64,000 bases of DNA from Mobula birostris (GCF_030028105.1 NC_092371.1:97057064-97121063); one strand, 5' to 3'; shown: positions 10,721-23,416, numbered from the stretch's first letter. The notes: a model not told the origin generated them from the letters alone. Numbers and translations: made by a program.

Positions 10721-13700
10721 TTGGGGGGTGGGAATCAAATTAAAGAGGCTAGGCGTGAGGAGGTTAGTTCACTACAGGGGGATGGGAACCTGTGCAGAGA
10801 GGCAGAAGGGTGTAAAGTGAGGGTAGAAACAAAAATTACTATGGAGAAAAGTAAAAGTGGCAGGCCGACAAATCCAGGGCAAGCATTAAAAAGGGCCACT
10901 TTTCAGCATAATTGTATAAGGGCTAAGAGAGTTGTAAAAGAGCGCCTGAAGGCTTTGTGTGTCAATGCAAGGAGCATTCATAATAAGGTGGATGAATTGA
11001 AAGTGCAGATTGTTATTAATGATTATGGTATAGTTGGGATCACAGAGACATGGCTCCAGGGTGACCAGGGATGGGAGCTCAACGTTCAGGGATATTCAAT
11101 ACTCAGGAGGGATAGACATGAAGGAAGGGGAGGTGGGGTGGCGTTGCTGGTCAAAGAAGAGATTAACACAATAGAAAGGAAGGACATAAGCCAGGAAGAT
11201 GTGGAATCGATATGGGTAGAGCTGTGTAACACTAAGGGGCAGAAGACGCTGGTGGGAGTTGTGTACAGGCCACCTAACAGTAGTAGTGAGGTCGGAGATG
11301 GTATTAAACAGGAAATTAGAAATGTGTGCAATAAAGGAACAGCAGTTATAATGGGTGACTTCAATCTACATGTAGATTGGGTGAACCAAATTGGTAAGGG
11401 TGCTGAGGAAGAGGATTTCTTGGAATGTATGCGGGATGGTTTTTTGAACCAACATGTCGAGGAACCGACGAGAGAGCAGGCTATTCTGGACTGGGTTTTG
11501 AGCAATGAGGAAGCGTTAATTAGTGATCTTGTCGTGAGAGGCCCCTTGGGTAAGAGTGACCATAATATGGTGGAATTCTTCATTAAGATGGAGAGTGACA
11601 TAGTTAATTCAGAAACAAAGGTTCTGAACTTGAAGAGGGGTAACTTTGAAGGTATGAGACGTGAATTAGCTAAGATAGACTGGCAAATGACACTTAAAGG
11701 ATTGACGGTGGATATGCAATGGCAAGCATTTAAAGGTTGCATGGATGAACTGCAACAAATGTTCATCCCAGTTTGGCAAAAGAATAAATCAAGGAAGGTA
11801 GTGCACCCGTGACTGACAAGAGAAATTAGGGATAGTATCAATTCCAAAGAAGAAGCATACAAGTTAGCCAGAGAAAGTGGCTCACCTGAGGACTGGGAGA
11901 AATTCAGAGTTCAGCAGAGGAGGACAAAGGGCTTAATTAGGAAGGGGAAAAAAGATTATGAGAGAAAACTGGCAGGCAACATAAAAACGGACTGTAAAAG
12001 CTTTTATAGATATGTAAAAAGGAAAAGACTGGTAAAAACAAATGTCGGTCCCCTGCAGACAGAAACAGGTGAATTGATTATGGGGAGCAAGGACATGGCA
12101 GACCAATTGAATAATTACTTTGGTTCTGTCTTCACTAAGGAGGACATAAATAATCTTCCAGAAATAGTAAGGGACAGAGGGTCCAGTGAGATGGAGGAAC
12201 TGAGCGAAATACATGTTAGTAGGGAAGTGGTGTTAGGTAAATTGAAGAGATTGAAGGCAGATAAATCCCCAGGGCCAGATGGTCTGCATCCCAGGGTGCT
12301 TAAGGAAGTAGCCCAAGAAATAGTGGATGCATTAGTGATAATTTTTCAAAACTCGTTAGATTCTGGACTAGTTCCTGAGGATTGGAGGGTGGCTAATGTA
12401 ACTCCACTTTTTAAAAAAGGAGGGAGAGAGAAACCGGGGAATTATAGACCGGTTAGCCTAACGTCGGTGGTGGGGAAACTGCTGGAGTCAGTTATCAAGG
12501 ATGTAATAACAGCACATTTGGAAAGTGGTGAAATGATCGGACAAAGTCAGCATGGATTTTTCAAAGGAAAATCATGTCTGACAAATCTCATAGAATTTTT
12601 TGAGGATGTAACTAGTAGAGTGGATAGGGGAGAACCAGTGGATGTGGTATATTTGGATTTTCAGAAGGCTTTTGACAAGGTCCCACACAGGAGATTAGTG
12701 TGCAAACTTAAAGCACACGGTATTGGGGGTAAGGTATTGGTGTGGGTGGGGAGGTGGTTAGCAGACAGGAAGCAAAGAGTGGGAATAAACGGGACCTTTT
12801 CAGAATGGCAGGCGGTGACTAGTGGGGTACCGCAAGGCTCAGTGCTGGGACCCCAGTTGTTTACAATATATATTAATGACTTGGATGAGGGAATTAAATG
12901 CAGCATCTCCAAGTTTGCGGATGACACGAAGCTGGGTGGCAGTGTTAGCTGTGAGGAGGATGCTAAGAGGATGCAGGGTGACTTGGATAGGTTGGGTGAG
13001 TGGGCAAATTCATGGCAGATGCAATTTAATGTGGATAAATGTGAAGTTATCCACTTTGGTGGCAAAAATAGGAAAACAGATTATTATCTGAATGGTGGCC
13101 GATTAGGAGAAGGGGAGGTGCAACGTGACCTGGGTGTCATTATGCACCAGTCATTGAAAGTGGGCATGCAGGTACAGCAGGCGGTGAAAAAGGCGAATGG
13201 TATGCTGGCATTTATAGCGAGAGGATTTGAGTACAGGAGCAGGGAGGTACTACTGCAGTTGTACAAGGCCTTGGTGAGACCACACCTGGAGTATTGTGTG
13301 CAGTTTTGGTCCCCTAATCTGAGGAAAGACATCCTTGCCATAGAGGGAGTACAGAGAAGGTTCACCAGATTGATTTCTGGGATGGCAGGACTTTCATATG
13401 AAGAAAGACTGGATGAACTGGGCTTGTACGCATTGGAATTTAGAAGATCGAGGGGGGATCTGATTGAGACGTATAAGATCCTAAAGCGATTGGACAGGCT
13501 AGATGCAGGAAGATTGTTCCCGATGTTGGGGAAGTCCAGAACGAGGGGTCACAGTTTGAGGATAGAGGGGAAGCCTTTTAGGACCGAGATTAGGAAAAAC
13601 TTCTTCACACAGAGAGTGATGAATCTGTGGAATTCTCTGCCACAGGAAACAGTTGAGGCCAGTTCATTGGCTATATTTAAGAGGGAGTTAGATATGGCCC

Positions 13701-13753
13701 TTGTGGCTACGGGGATCAGGGGGTATGGAGGGAAGGCTGGGGCGGTGTTCTGA
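10721..13753 (+). pseudogene. CR1 ORF2p (APE endonuclease and RT) with one premature stop
   Basis: ORFs 10721-11812 (NARSI, GITETWL, GDFN, SDH) and 12074-13753 (GPDG, NYRPVSLTS, LDFQKAFD, SGVPQGS, FADD) share a frame. The only disruption seen is CCG TGA CTG at 11810-11812, where HPWLT is expected. Confidence 0.92.
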
Positions 13754-14419
13754 GTTGGATGATCAGCCATGATCATAATAAATGGCGGTGCAGGCTCAAA
13801 GGGCCGAATGGCCTACTCCTGCACCTATTTTCTATGTTTCTATAACCTGTCAGCCTGAGACGGATCCATTTAGTTCCACTCTCTGCTTCCAGTTTCATAA
13901 CAATTCACAATTCATGTCAGTACATTACCCCCAGATCTCTGCACTTTAACTTTGCTGACCAACGTCCTGGGTGGAACCTTTCAAAAATCCAAATGCACCA
14001 TACGTATTGGTTCCCCTTGACCAGTTCTACTATTTACATCCTTAAGGAATTCCAGCAGATCAGCTTAAAAGTGTTTTCTTTCATATAGCCACTCTTACTC
14101 TGTGCAGTCTGAATATTCTTTTCAATTTGCTATATTACTTACTTAATTATAAATTCTAACATTGTCTTTACCACTGTTATTAGGCTAGCAGGATGGCCAT
14201 TCCTTACTTTTGTTCTTAGAATCATAGGGTAATAGAGTACTGCAGCACAGAAATAGGCTCTTCAGCCCATCTAGTCCATGCTGAACTATTAACCCGTCTA
14301 GTCCCAGTAACTTGCAGCTGGATCATAGCCCAAATTATCCCTCCCATCCGTGTAATTTTCCAACTTTTTCTTAAATGTTGAAATTGAAACTGCAATGTAC
14401 TTTTAAATCAACTTAATGA

Positions 14420-15068
14420 ACTGCAGATTTCAAGATCTCCTGAAGGACAAGGCGGGCATAACTCAAGCAAGCGGGTGCAGTACCTTTAAGTGGACGAGGG
14501 TTCACCATCTAGGCCGGAAGTGAAGTAGGAGAGGGGAGGATTCCAAGCCAGGTTAAAACGCAGAGGGATGAGGTCCCCTCTACCCAGCATCTTGTTAGCA
14601 AATGTGCAGTTGCTAGAGAACAAAACTGAGGACCTGAGGACAAGATTGAGGGCTAGCCTCATTAATATGCAAGAGATCTTCAAGGAGAAGTGCTTTAGGG
14701 AAGTATCATCCGACATTAAGGATCCCCACCACCCAGGACATGCTCTCTCTTCAGGATGGAGGTACAGAAGCCTGAAGGTACACACTCAGTGATTCAGGAA
14801 CAGCTTCTTCCCCTCTGCCATCAGATTTCTAAATGGATATTGAACCCATGAACACTACCTCACTACTTCTTTATTTCTGTTTTTTTTGAATATTATTTTA
14901 ACTTATCTTAATTTAACTATTTAATAGACATATATATATACTTACTGTAATTCACTTTTTTCTCTATATTTACTTATCACGTATTTCATTGTACTACTGC
15001 TGTAAGGTTAACAAATTTCACGACACACAGAATGCTGGTGATATTAATCTGATTCTGATTCTGATTGT
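14420..15068 (+). mobile_element. Internally deleted Rex1/Babar derivative
   Basis: 5' LPSILLANVQLLENK motif joined directly to 3' IKDPHHPGHAL/YRSLK motifs; (TCTGAT)n tail at 15046-15068. Confidence 0.7.
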
Positions 15069-15199
15069 TGTATTGGAGGGAAGTGAGGTACTGTTGTATT
15101 TAATGTCTGAGGGAAAATTGGCTGTCTCCCAGTACACCAGATATGGCTGTCAGACCCAAAGGGTTCTTGATTCACAGGATGGACTGAACTGCTGATTTG

Positions 15200-17820
15200 G
15201 AAAAGGCAAAAGGTGGCAGTGTGTGTTTCAGAATAAAGTCTCAGTGGTGCTCCGATGTGGTGCTTTGTTGAACTCACATTCCCTCAACCTTGAACAGCTA
15301 ACTATCAAATGCTGTCGATTCTGTTCACCTATGGAGTTCTCATCTGTGATCCTCACTGGTGTTTACATACCACCAGCAGCCAGCTATAATCTAGTGCATC
15401 AAATACTGCATGATGCCATCACCAAACAAGAAGCAGTCCATCCCAATGCATTTCAAATCATAGTTGGAGACTTCAGCCAGGCATTATTGAAGAAAACCCT
15501 GCCCAATTACCATCAGCACATAACCTATAGCACCTGAGGTCCCAACACACTTAAACTACTGTTATACTAAGATAAGGAATGCCGACTGTTCCATGCCCAG
15601 ACTGCATTTCAAGAAATCTGATTATTTGGCTGTTCTTTTCAGCATACAGAGGCTAAAGAGCAAGCTTCAGAGATTAAGACAACAAAGAGGTGGTTGCAAC
15701 AAGCAGAGGAATGGCAACAGGATTGCTTTGAAGTGGTGTACTGAGCCACGTTCCAGGACTCCTCTATGAATGGTTGTCATGGACTTTATAAAAACAGTGT
15801 CTCCACAAAATCATTCAGAATCTTCCCTAACCAGAAGCCCCAGATGAACCTTGAGATCTGCAACCTGCTGATGAGCAGAACAGAGGCATTCAAGTCTGAT
15901 GACTAACAAAGTTATAAGAGGTCCAGGTACGATCTCCAGAAAGGCATCTTATGGATGAAATAGCAATTCCAGACTAAATTTGAATCATTGAAGGATGCTC
16001 AACAGATGTGGCAGGGCTTAAATGCTATGACCTCTCATAAAGTAAAATCAAGTGACATAAGTGACAATAGGGCTTTGCTTCCAGATGAGCTCAATGCCTT
16101 CTATGCTTGCTTTGACCATCAAAACATGGAGGAACCATCATGAATTCTGAAGACCCCCGATGATTCTGTGATTTCAGTCTCTGAGGCTGACATACAAGCA
16201 GCCTTCAGGCAGGTGAACCCATGAAAAGCATCCAGCCCAGGTGGGGTACCTGGCCAATTACTAAAGATCTGTGCTGATCAGCTGGCTGGAGTCTTCACTG
16301 AGATCCTTAACCTCTCGCTTTGGCAGTCTGAGGTACCAATCTGCTTCAAGCAGGCTTCAATTATACTGGTGCCTAAGAAGAGCTTGTAACCTGCCTCAAT
16401 GACTATCATCCAGTAGCACTTACATCCACTGTGATGAAGTGTTTGGAGAAGTTGATGATGAAACATATCAATACCTGCCTGAGAAATGATTTGGATCCAC
16501 TCCAATTTGCCTACAAGCACAACAGGTCCATAGCAAATACCTTCTCATTGGCTCTTCACACAACCCTGGAACACCTGGACAGCAAAGGTGCATGCATCAG
16601 TATGCACTTTATTGATGACAGCTTGGTATTCAATGCCATCATCCCCTCAAAGCTAATCAGTAAGCTTCAAGTCTTTGGCCTCAGTACTTCCTTGTGTAAT
16701 TGGATCCTCAATTTTCTCACATGCAGACCCCAGTCACTTCAAATTGGCAACAACATCGCCTCCACAATCTCCATCAGCACTGTTACACCACAAGGCTGTG
16801 TGCTTAGTCCCCTGCTCTATTCGCTTTACACTCATGAATGTGTGGTGAAGCACATCTCCAAGTTTGCTGATGACACCGCTGACATAGGCAGAATTAGCAT
16901 ATAGGAGGGAGATTTAAAATATGGCTGAATGGTGCCACAACAGCAGCCTAATACTCAATGTCAGGAAGACCAAGGAGCAAATTGTTGACTTCAGGAGGAG
17001 GAATCAGACATCCATGAGCCAGTCTTCATCAGAGGATCAGAGATGGAGAGGATCAGCAACTTCAAATTCCTCGGTGCTATCATTTCAGAGAAGCACTCAG
17101 GGCCAACATGTAAGTGCAATTATGAAGAAAGCATAGTAGCACTTCTATTTCCTTAGGAATTTGCAAAGAATTAGCATGGCATCTAAAACTTTGACAAACT
17201 TCTATAGATGTGTGCTGGAGAGTATATTGACCCAGTGCATCACAGCCTGGTAGAGACACAACGATACCATTTAAGAGAAAATCCTACAAAAAGTAGTGGA
17301 TAAGGTAGTGGTAAAACTCACTCCACCATTGAGCACATCTACTTGACACACTGTTGCAGGAAAGTGGCATCCATCATCGGGGATATGCACCACCTACATC
17401 ATGCTTTCTTCTCAGTGTTGCCTTTAGGAACAAGGTACAGGAGCCTCAGGACATACACCACAGGCTCACCAGCAGTTATTACTCCTCAAACATCAGGGTG
17501 TTGAACAAAAGGGGATAACTTCACTCAACTTCACTTGCACCATCACTGGAATGTTTCCACAATCTATGGACTCAATTTCAAGGACTCTTCATCTCATATT
17601 CTTGATATTTATTGCTTATTTGCTTATTATTATTATTTATTTCTTTTTGCATTTGCACAGTTTGCTGTCTTTTGCACACTGATTGAATGCCCAAGTTGGT
17701 GCTGTCTTTCATTGATTCTATTATGGTTATTATTCTATTATGAATTTATTGAGAAAATTAATCTGAGGGTTTTATATGGTGATGTACATGTACTTTTATA
17801 ATAAATCTACCATGAACTTT
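15200..17820 (+). mobile_element. Degenerate Rex1/Babar LINE (EN-RT-3' UTR)
   Basis: ORF pieces SSVILTGVYIPP..IVGDFSQA, LDPLQFAY..LHTTLEHLD..PQGCVLSPLLYSLYT..KFADDT, LNVRKTKEQIVDFR. Confidence 0.8.
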
Positions 17821-17829
17821 GAGATTAGA

Positions 17830-19060
17830 AGCAACAATGGACCCAGCACCAATCCCTATGGCACACCACTAGTCACAGTCCGCAATTCAGAGAGGCAACC
17901 ATCTGCTACTACTCTCTAGCTTCTCCGTGAAGCAATGTCTAATTCAATTTACACCCTCATGCTGAATGTCAAGTAATTGAACCCTTTTATCTACTTCCCA
18001 TGTGGGACCTTGTCAAGCACCTTGCTAAAATCCATGTAGGCAACATCCATTGCCTTGCCTTCTTCAACTTTCCTGGTAACTTCCTCGAAAAGCTCTGTGA
18101 GATTGGTTAGGCACAACCTACTATGTTGACTATCCTTAACCAGTCCCTGTCTATCCAAATACTTATATATCCAGCCTCCTAGAATACCTTCCAATAGTTT
18201 ACACTCTAATGATGTCAGGCTCACCTGAAGAATATCCCGGCATATTCTTCGAGCCTTTCTTAAACAACAGACCAACACTAGCTATCCTCAAATCCTCTGG
18301 CATCTTACCCATTGTTAAATGTTTTAAAAATTTAAATATCTCTGTTAGGGCCCCTGCAATTTCTGCACTGGCCTCCCACAAGGTTGAGGGAGCACATTGT
18401 CAGGTCCTGGAGATTTAACCACCTAATTTTTCCTCAAGACAGCAAACACCTCCTACACTTTAATCTGTATATGGTCCATAACTTCACTGCTATTTTGCCT
18501 TTGTGTCTGTCTCTCAAGTAAATGTGAATGGAAAAAATTATTTAAGATGACCCCCATCTCTTTAGGTTCCATGATGGACGACCACGCTAATGTTCAAGAG
18601 GGACAAATTTGTCCCCTGTTATGTGTTTGCACTTAATATATCTGTAAAAGCCCTTGTGATTGTCTTTCACCATGGCTGCTAGAGCAAACGCTTGCCTTCC
18701 TTCAGCCCTACTAATTTCCTTTGTAAGTGTTCTCTGCATTTCTTGTACTCAAGTACCTCAACTGTTTCTTCCTGCCTATACCTGCAACACATCTCCTCTG
18801 CATAACCAGGGCCTCAATATCTTTTGATAAACAAGGACCCCTAAACCAGTTGTCCTTGGCTTTTACTCTGACAGGAACATACAAAATTCATACTCCAAAA
18901 ATTTCACTTTTGAAGGCCTCTCACTTACCAAGTACACCTTTGCCAGAAAACAACCTGTCCCAAACCACATTTGCCAAGTCCTTGCTCTACAGCTACTCCT
19001 CCTGTATTCTGTGATATGGATCTTTTGATCCTTGGGCTTAATCAGCTTCAAGCTCATCAA
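17830..19060 (-). mobile_element. CR1 ORF2 fragments
   Basis: EASAEIAGALTEIF, MPEDLRIASVGLLFKKG and AYMDFSKVLDKVPHG on the minus strand. Confidence 0.8.
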
Positions 19061-19189
19061 TACTGACCTTCAGTTCCATACTGTCCCTAGACTCTAGTAG
19101 GATTTCTGTGTATTCTGAGAGGACAGACTTATTTTTTTTTAAAAAAAAGTTCTTTGTCAAAAAGGATCTAGTGCTTTCCTGGCATATAT

Positions 19190-19285
19190 GATGAATAAAC
19201 TCTTCTCAGGCTACCAGCTGGGTACAGGTATCAATTTTAACTGATGTTTCAATGACAAACTCTGCCATCTCTATCAGGGATCAGA
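19190..19285 (-). mobile_element. Second-family Penelope-like terminal repeat with a degenerate hammerhead-like motif
   Basis: Minus strand ATCC CTGATAGA GATGGC AGAGTTT GTCATT GAAACATC (19238-19281), followed by ...GATACCTGTACCCAGCTGGTAGCCTGAGAAGAGTTTATTC. Confidence 0.5.
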
Positions 19286-20559
19286 ATCTATCATTTCTTA
19301 TTCCTCATTATTCCTCATGTGTCTGTTTGGAAGGGGCACACATCTGCTGTCACTCGTCTTCACATGCTTATAAAACATTTTACTGTCTGTTCTCAGTGTG
19401 TGCTATCAGCTTATTTTCATTTTCTGTCTTGCTTGTGTTCCTTTCTCTGGTCATCTTTTGCTGAGTTCCAAAATACTTACATTCCCCTGGCTGACTCCTA
19501 TTTCTGGGTACTTCATCAGCCTCTTCCTTTAACGTTATCTTCATGTTCTCTTGGAGGAATCATTCCACACAGGAATATTTCCCTTTTGTTTTTTTTGCAT
19601 CATTTTGCAATTGATTAACTATTTCCTTAAATGTTATCTTTCCCTGTTCTCCACAAAATCTTAATGCATGTTCCTAAACAAGTGCAGTGAATCCCTCCTC
19701 ATAACTTCATTCATCCTTTTATTAAGATCTAAAACTCCAGGTTTGGATTGAAATAAAGTACATTACTTTCAAACTCAGTGTAAATTCTACCAGGTTATGG
19801 TCACTCTTTCATAAAGATCTTTTTACAGTAATACTAATAAACTCTTTCATTGCACTAAACAAAATATGCCTTCTGATATAGTTTAGCAAGCATATATTAT
19901 GAGAAATCAATGAAAATAAAAACTTACACTCAGATACTGTACATGACAACGTTCACCCCAGTGGATCTCATAAAAGGTTTCCTTACAAACATCTGGGAGC
20001 TCTGCCACACCTGGGAAAGATGTTGCCTGGATGAGCCATTAACACCGTCTCATACCGTCAGGTGATATTACAGACTTCTGCATTCCTCTAGAAAGACAGG
20101 CTCAGGAGGAAATTTAAACTGACAAGGGAGGTATTAACCCTCAAAATTTATCTGTTATCTCGTGAAATCTCATTGTGTTAAACTGTGCACAGACAGGGAC
20201 CTTTCTTCCTACTTTCCACCTCCACCTTTGGTCATGAGATGGAACAGTATTTTTTCAAGCTGAATATCTTTTGGAAGATGCAGTAATGACCACAAGGACT
20301 CAATGTACTCTGGATGGAGGAATCTTCAATGTCTATTAACAGAAATATACCGGTTTGTGGCTGTGGCTGAATTCCAAAGAATAAACCCAAGGAGCTGATT
20401 ATTGACTAATACTGATGGACTAAATTCCTGTTTTATATAAGATTGTAGACAACTTACATTATTGCATAATGTGCAAAGGACCACTGACTGCGGAGGAGAA
20501 GTTCTGAGTTGGATCTGTTCATTTCTATTCAAAGATCCATGCCGATCCCTAGATATTCA

Positions 20560-21004
20560 AACGTACCTTGTCTTCCGGTCAGAGGGTGGAATTGTCCGGA
20601 ATGGCCGTCACGCCATGAGATATTTTAGTGTCATCTCGTGATGCTCTGAATTATTATTGGAACAAATAAGGCTTTGAATTTCCAATGACCGAGCTGATAA
20701 GCCGTAAATTGCTACCATGGATGGAGCCTGATTGGCTTTGGTGGTTTTGTGCCGTCTAACACGACACAGGGTGGGGCTGTAAACCAATGAGATGTTTACT
20801 GGCTACTTCGGTCGCTTTATCAACCAGAGCAGAGTGTCCCTTCTGAGGTCGACGTGACGTTCTAACTAGCTCACACAAAACTGAAAAGAAAGAGAGTTTT
20901 TGAATCATTTGAAATATTTACATCTGTGCGGGTGTTTAAACTCGTTTTCATTTAGCCGTCATAAACCAGATTTTTCACGAGGACGGGAGCAAAGACACTG
21001 AAAG
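20560..21004. promoter_or_regulatory. CpG-containing, probably bidirectional Pol II promoter with candidate first exons
   Basis: Non-repetitive and CpG-enriched relative to its flanks. It has CCAAT boxes (ctgATTGGct about 20730, aaCCAATga about 20783), TGACGT about 20855, an ETS-like CCGGAAG about 20572-20578 (-), a plus-strand donor AAG|GTAATT at 21004/21005 and a minus-strand donor AAG|GTACGT at 20567/20566. Confidence 0.5.
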
Positions 21005-21189
21005 GTAATTTGGATATTGTTACGAATAATGTTTGGACAATTTAAGCTGTAGCTTTTTAATAATTACAGTCAATCTACGTGTTTGTCTTTTATTGTTTAA
21101 TGTACAAGTTTAATTTCCTGTGATGCATAAGGTGGTGTCTGAAAGGGGAAACATGTTTTACTAATATGTTTTACTAATATTCACTATGA

Positions 21190-22300
21190 AGAGGCAACTA
21201 AAATTTATGATAACAATAGAGCGGATGATATTCTTTACTTGGACTTTCAGAAGACTTTTGACAAGGTACTCCACAAGAGGTTAATAACCAAATTACAAGG
21301 GTTAGGGATTCAGGGTAAGGTGTGCGAATGAGTGTAGAATTGGCTCAAAAACAGGAAACAACGAGTTAAGGTGAGAGGATCATTTTCACGCGCTAGATGT
21401 TAAAAGTGGGGTTCCGTAGGGATCACTTTTGGGGCCGTTGGGGTTTTTAATTTGCATCAACGATTTGGATAGGCACATAACAAATAAACTAGTAAAGTTT
21501 GAAGATGACACAAAATTAGGGGATCGGGCTGATAATATCCACGCAACAGAATCAATACAGTTAGATCTAAACAAAATCCAGATGTGGGCAGATACATGGC
21601 TGATGAAATTTAATGTATGTAAATGTAAACTATTACATATAGGAAGTAAAAGTATTAGATATAACCATACATTGGGGGTCTTGCATTGTATGAGAAGGAC
21701 CTGAGCATCCTGGTAGACTCATCACTATCAACATCTCGACAGTGCACAGAAACGATTAGGAAGGCCTACAGAATGTTGGGCTACGTAATGCGCTCATGTC
21801 CAGAGACGTTCTTCTTAAGCTGTATAATGCGTTTGAGGCCACACCTTGAGTACTGTGTACAATTTTCGTCTCTTTATTTTGTGAGAGATGTGTAGTTCAG
21901 AGAAGGGCGACTCGACTCATTCCAGGTCCGTAGTGTATGAACTATGAAGAAAGATCTTTTGTCTAAGTAGACGTGGAAAGAGAGGAGACAGGATAGAAGT
22001 GATTTAAACTATTAAGGCGGATGCCAGCTGCTATTTCAAAATTAATCCATCAACAAGAACACGGGACCACAAAGGGAGACTGATTAAACGGAGATTTCAG
22101 ACTAATATCAGGAAGCATTTCTTTACAGAGCGAGTTGTGGACACATGGAACAAATTACCTAGTTGTGTAGTTGACAGCAGAATCTTAGAGGCTTTCAAAT
22201 CCAAACTCGATAGTTATTTCAACACATTATGTGTACAGGAATTTGGCAAGGTTTGTTGGGGCGAATGGCCTGTTTTTGTCAAAATCTTTATAATGTTCTA
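21190..22300 (+). mobile_element. CR1 RT 3' fragment (distinct, old subfamily)
   Basis: LDFQKTFDKV, KLVKFEDDTKLG, LRPHLEYCVQF; 3' UTR gggcgaatggcctgtttttgtc. Confidence 0.8.
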
Positions 22301-22389
22301 ATTAAAAACTACGCTGCCTGTTCTATCCGATTATAGTCACAGTTGTGACGCACCGTTGCTCCATCCCGCACAAAAAGTGGGGTGTTCTG

Positions 22390-23416
22390 GTGGCTAGTTC
22401 TACTTTCTCATTCTCATTCCGACGTGCCAGTCTATGGCCTCCTCTACTGCCACGAAGAGGCCACACTCAGGTTGGAGGAGCAACTCGTTATATTCCGTCT
22501 GGGTAGCCTCCAACCTGATGGCATGAACATCGATTTCTCGAACTTCCGGTAATTGCCCCCTTCCCGCTCCTCTCCTTCACTATTCCCCATTCCTGTTCCC
22601 CTCTCTCCTTACCTGCCCATCACCTCCTTCTGGTGCTCCTTTCCTTTTTTCCATGCTATTCTGCCCTCTCCTATTAGATTCCTCCTTGTCCAGCCCCTTA
22701 TCTCTTTCTTCAATCAACTTGCCAGCTCTTTACTTCATCCCTCCCCCTTTCCCGGCACCACCTATCACCCGCCACCTTGTGCGTCTTCCTCCCTTCCCCC
22801 ACCTGCTTAGTATGACTACTTCCCCATTCCTTTCCAATCCTGATGAAAGGTTTCGGCCTGAAACGTCGACTGTACTATTTTCCATAAATGCTGCCTGGTC
22901 TGCTGAGTTCGTCCAGCATTTTGTGTGTGTTGCTTGGATTTCCAACATCTGCAGATTTTCTCTTGTTTTTTTGTGACAGGACTATTACACTGTGAAGTCT
23001 CTTCCAGGGACGCCTCTCCTGAAGAAGTTTAGATCTTCCCTTTGACAGAAGTTCAGCGAAACCCTCTCTCACTGCTTCCCCTCTATGATTCCCTATCACC
23101 TACTACCTTGTATTTATTCCTCCCCTCCCCTAACTCTCTTACTCTGACCTCATCTTTTCCTTTCTCCAGTCCGGATGAAGGGCCTCTGCCCGAAAAGTCG
23201 ACTGTACTCTTTTCCATCCATGCTGGCGGGTCTGCTGAGTTCCTCCTGCATTTGTGTGTATTGCTTTGTATTTCCAGCATCTACAGATTTTCTCGTGTTT
23301 GTGAGGTCAGCTGTTTACTCTTGTCCATAGATGCTGCCGCGCATGCTGAATTCCTCCAGCATGTTTTGTGTGTTGCTTTGGATTTCCAGCATCTGCAGAT
23401 TTTCTTGTGTTTGTGA
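22390..23416 (+). mobile_element. Penelope-like element 3' end (GIY-YIG tail) with tandem terminal repeats
   Basis: GIY-YIG C-terminal motif LEEQLVIFRLGSLQPDGMNIDF (about 22470-22540), pyrimidine-rich spacer, then two or three copies of the terminal repeat (...gctgagttc.tccagcattttgtgtgtgttgc...ttccagcatctgcaga). Confidence 0.85.
22835..22872 (+). ncRNA. Minimal type I hammerhead ribozyme motif (core intact)
   Basis: caatc CTGATGA a agg-tttcgg-cct GAAAC GTC gactg: stem I caatc/gactg (one mismatch), stem II agg/cct, palindromic ACGT in place of stem III, predicted cleavage after GUC (22867). Confidence 0.7.

Larger units (their letters stand above)
9460..13843 (+). mobile_element. Near full-length CR1 LINE inserted into an older antisense CR1 relic
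   Basis: CpG-rich 5' UTR, ORF1, ORF2, 3' UTR hairpin GGGCCGAATGGCCT and TTCTATGT-type tail (13830-13843). Flanks 9200-9445 and 13844-14100 read as one interrupted older CR1 RT segment. The 5' boundary is approximate. Confidence 0.95.

Noticed and set aside
11086-13365. Long minus-strand ORFs (11086-11862, 12661-13065, 13084-13365) and similar ones over other LINEs
   Set aside because: These are shadow frames antisense to CR1 ORF2/ORF1 with no independent motifs.
19928-20011. Faint resemblance of ETFYEI...CHVQY to the CDC45 N-terminus (a human GP1BB neighbour)
   Set aside because: CDC45 is highly conserved in vertebrates and the spacing does not match; treated as coincidence.
23015-23070. 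CTGAAGA...CGAAAC hammerhead-like core with a hairpin
   Set aside because: No ACGT palindrome, stem III or convincing stem I; probably a chance match within another repeat fragment.
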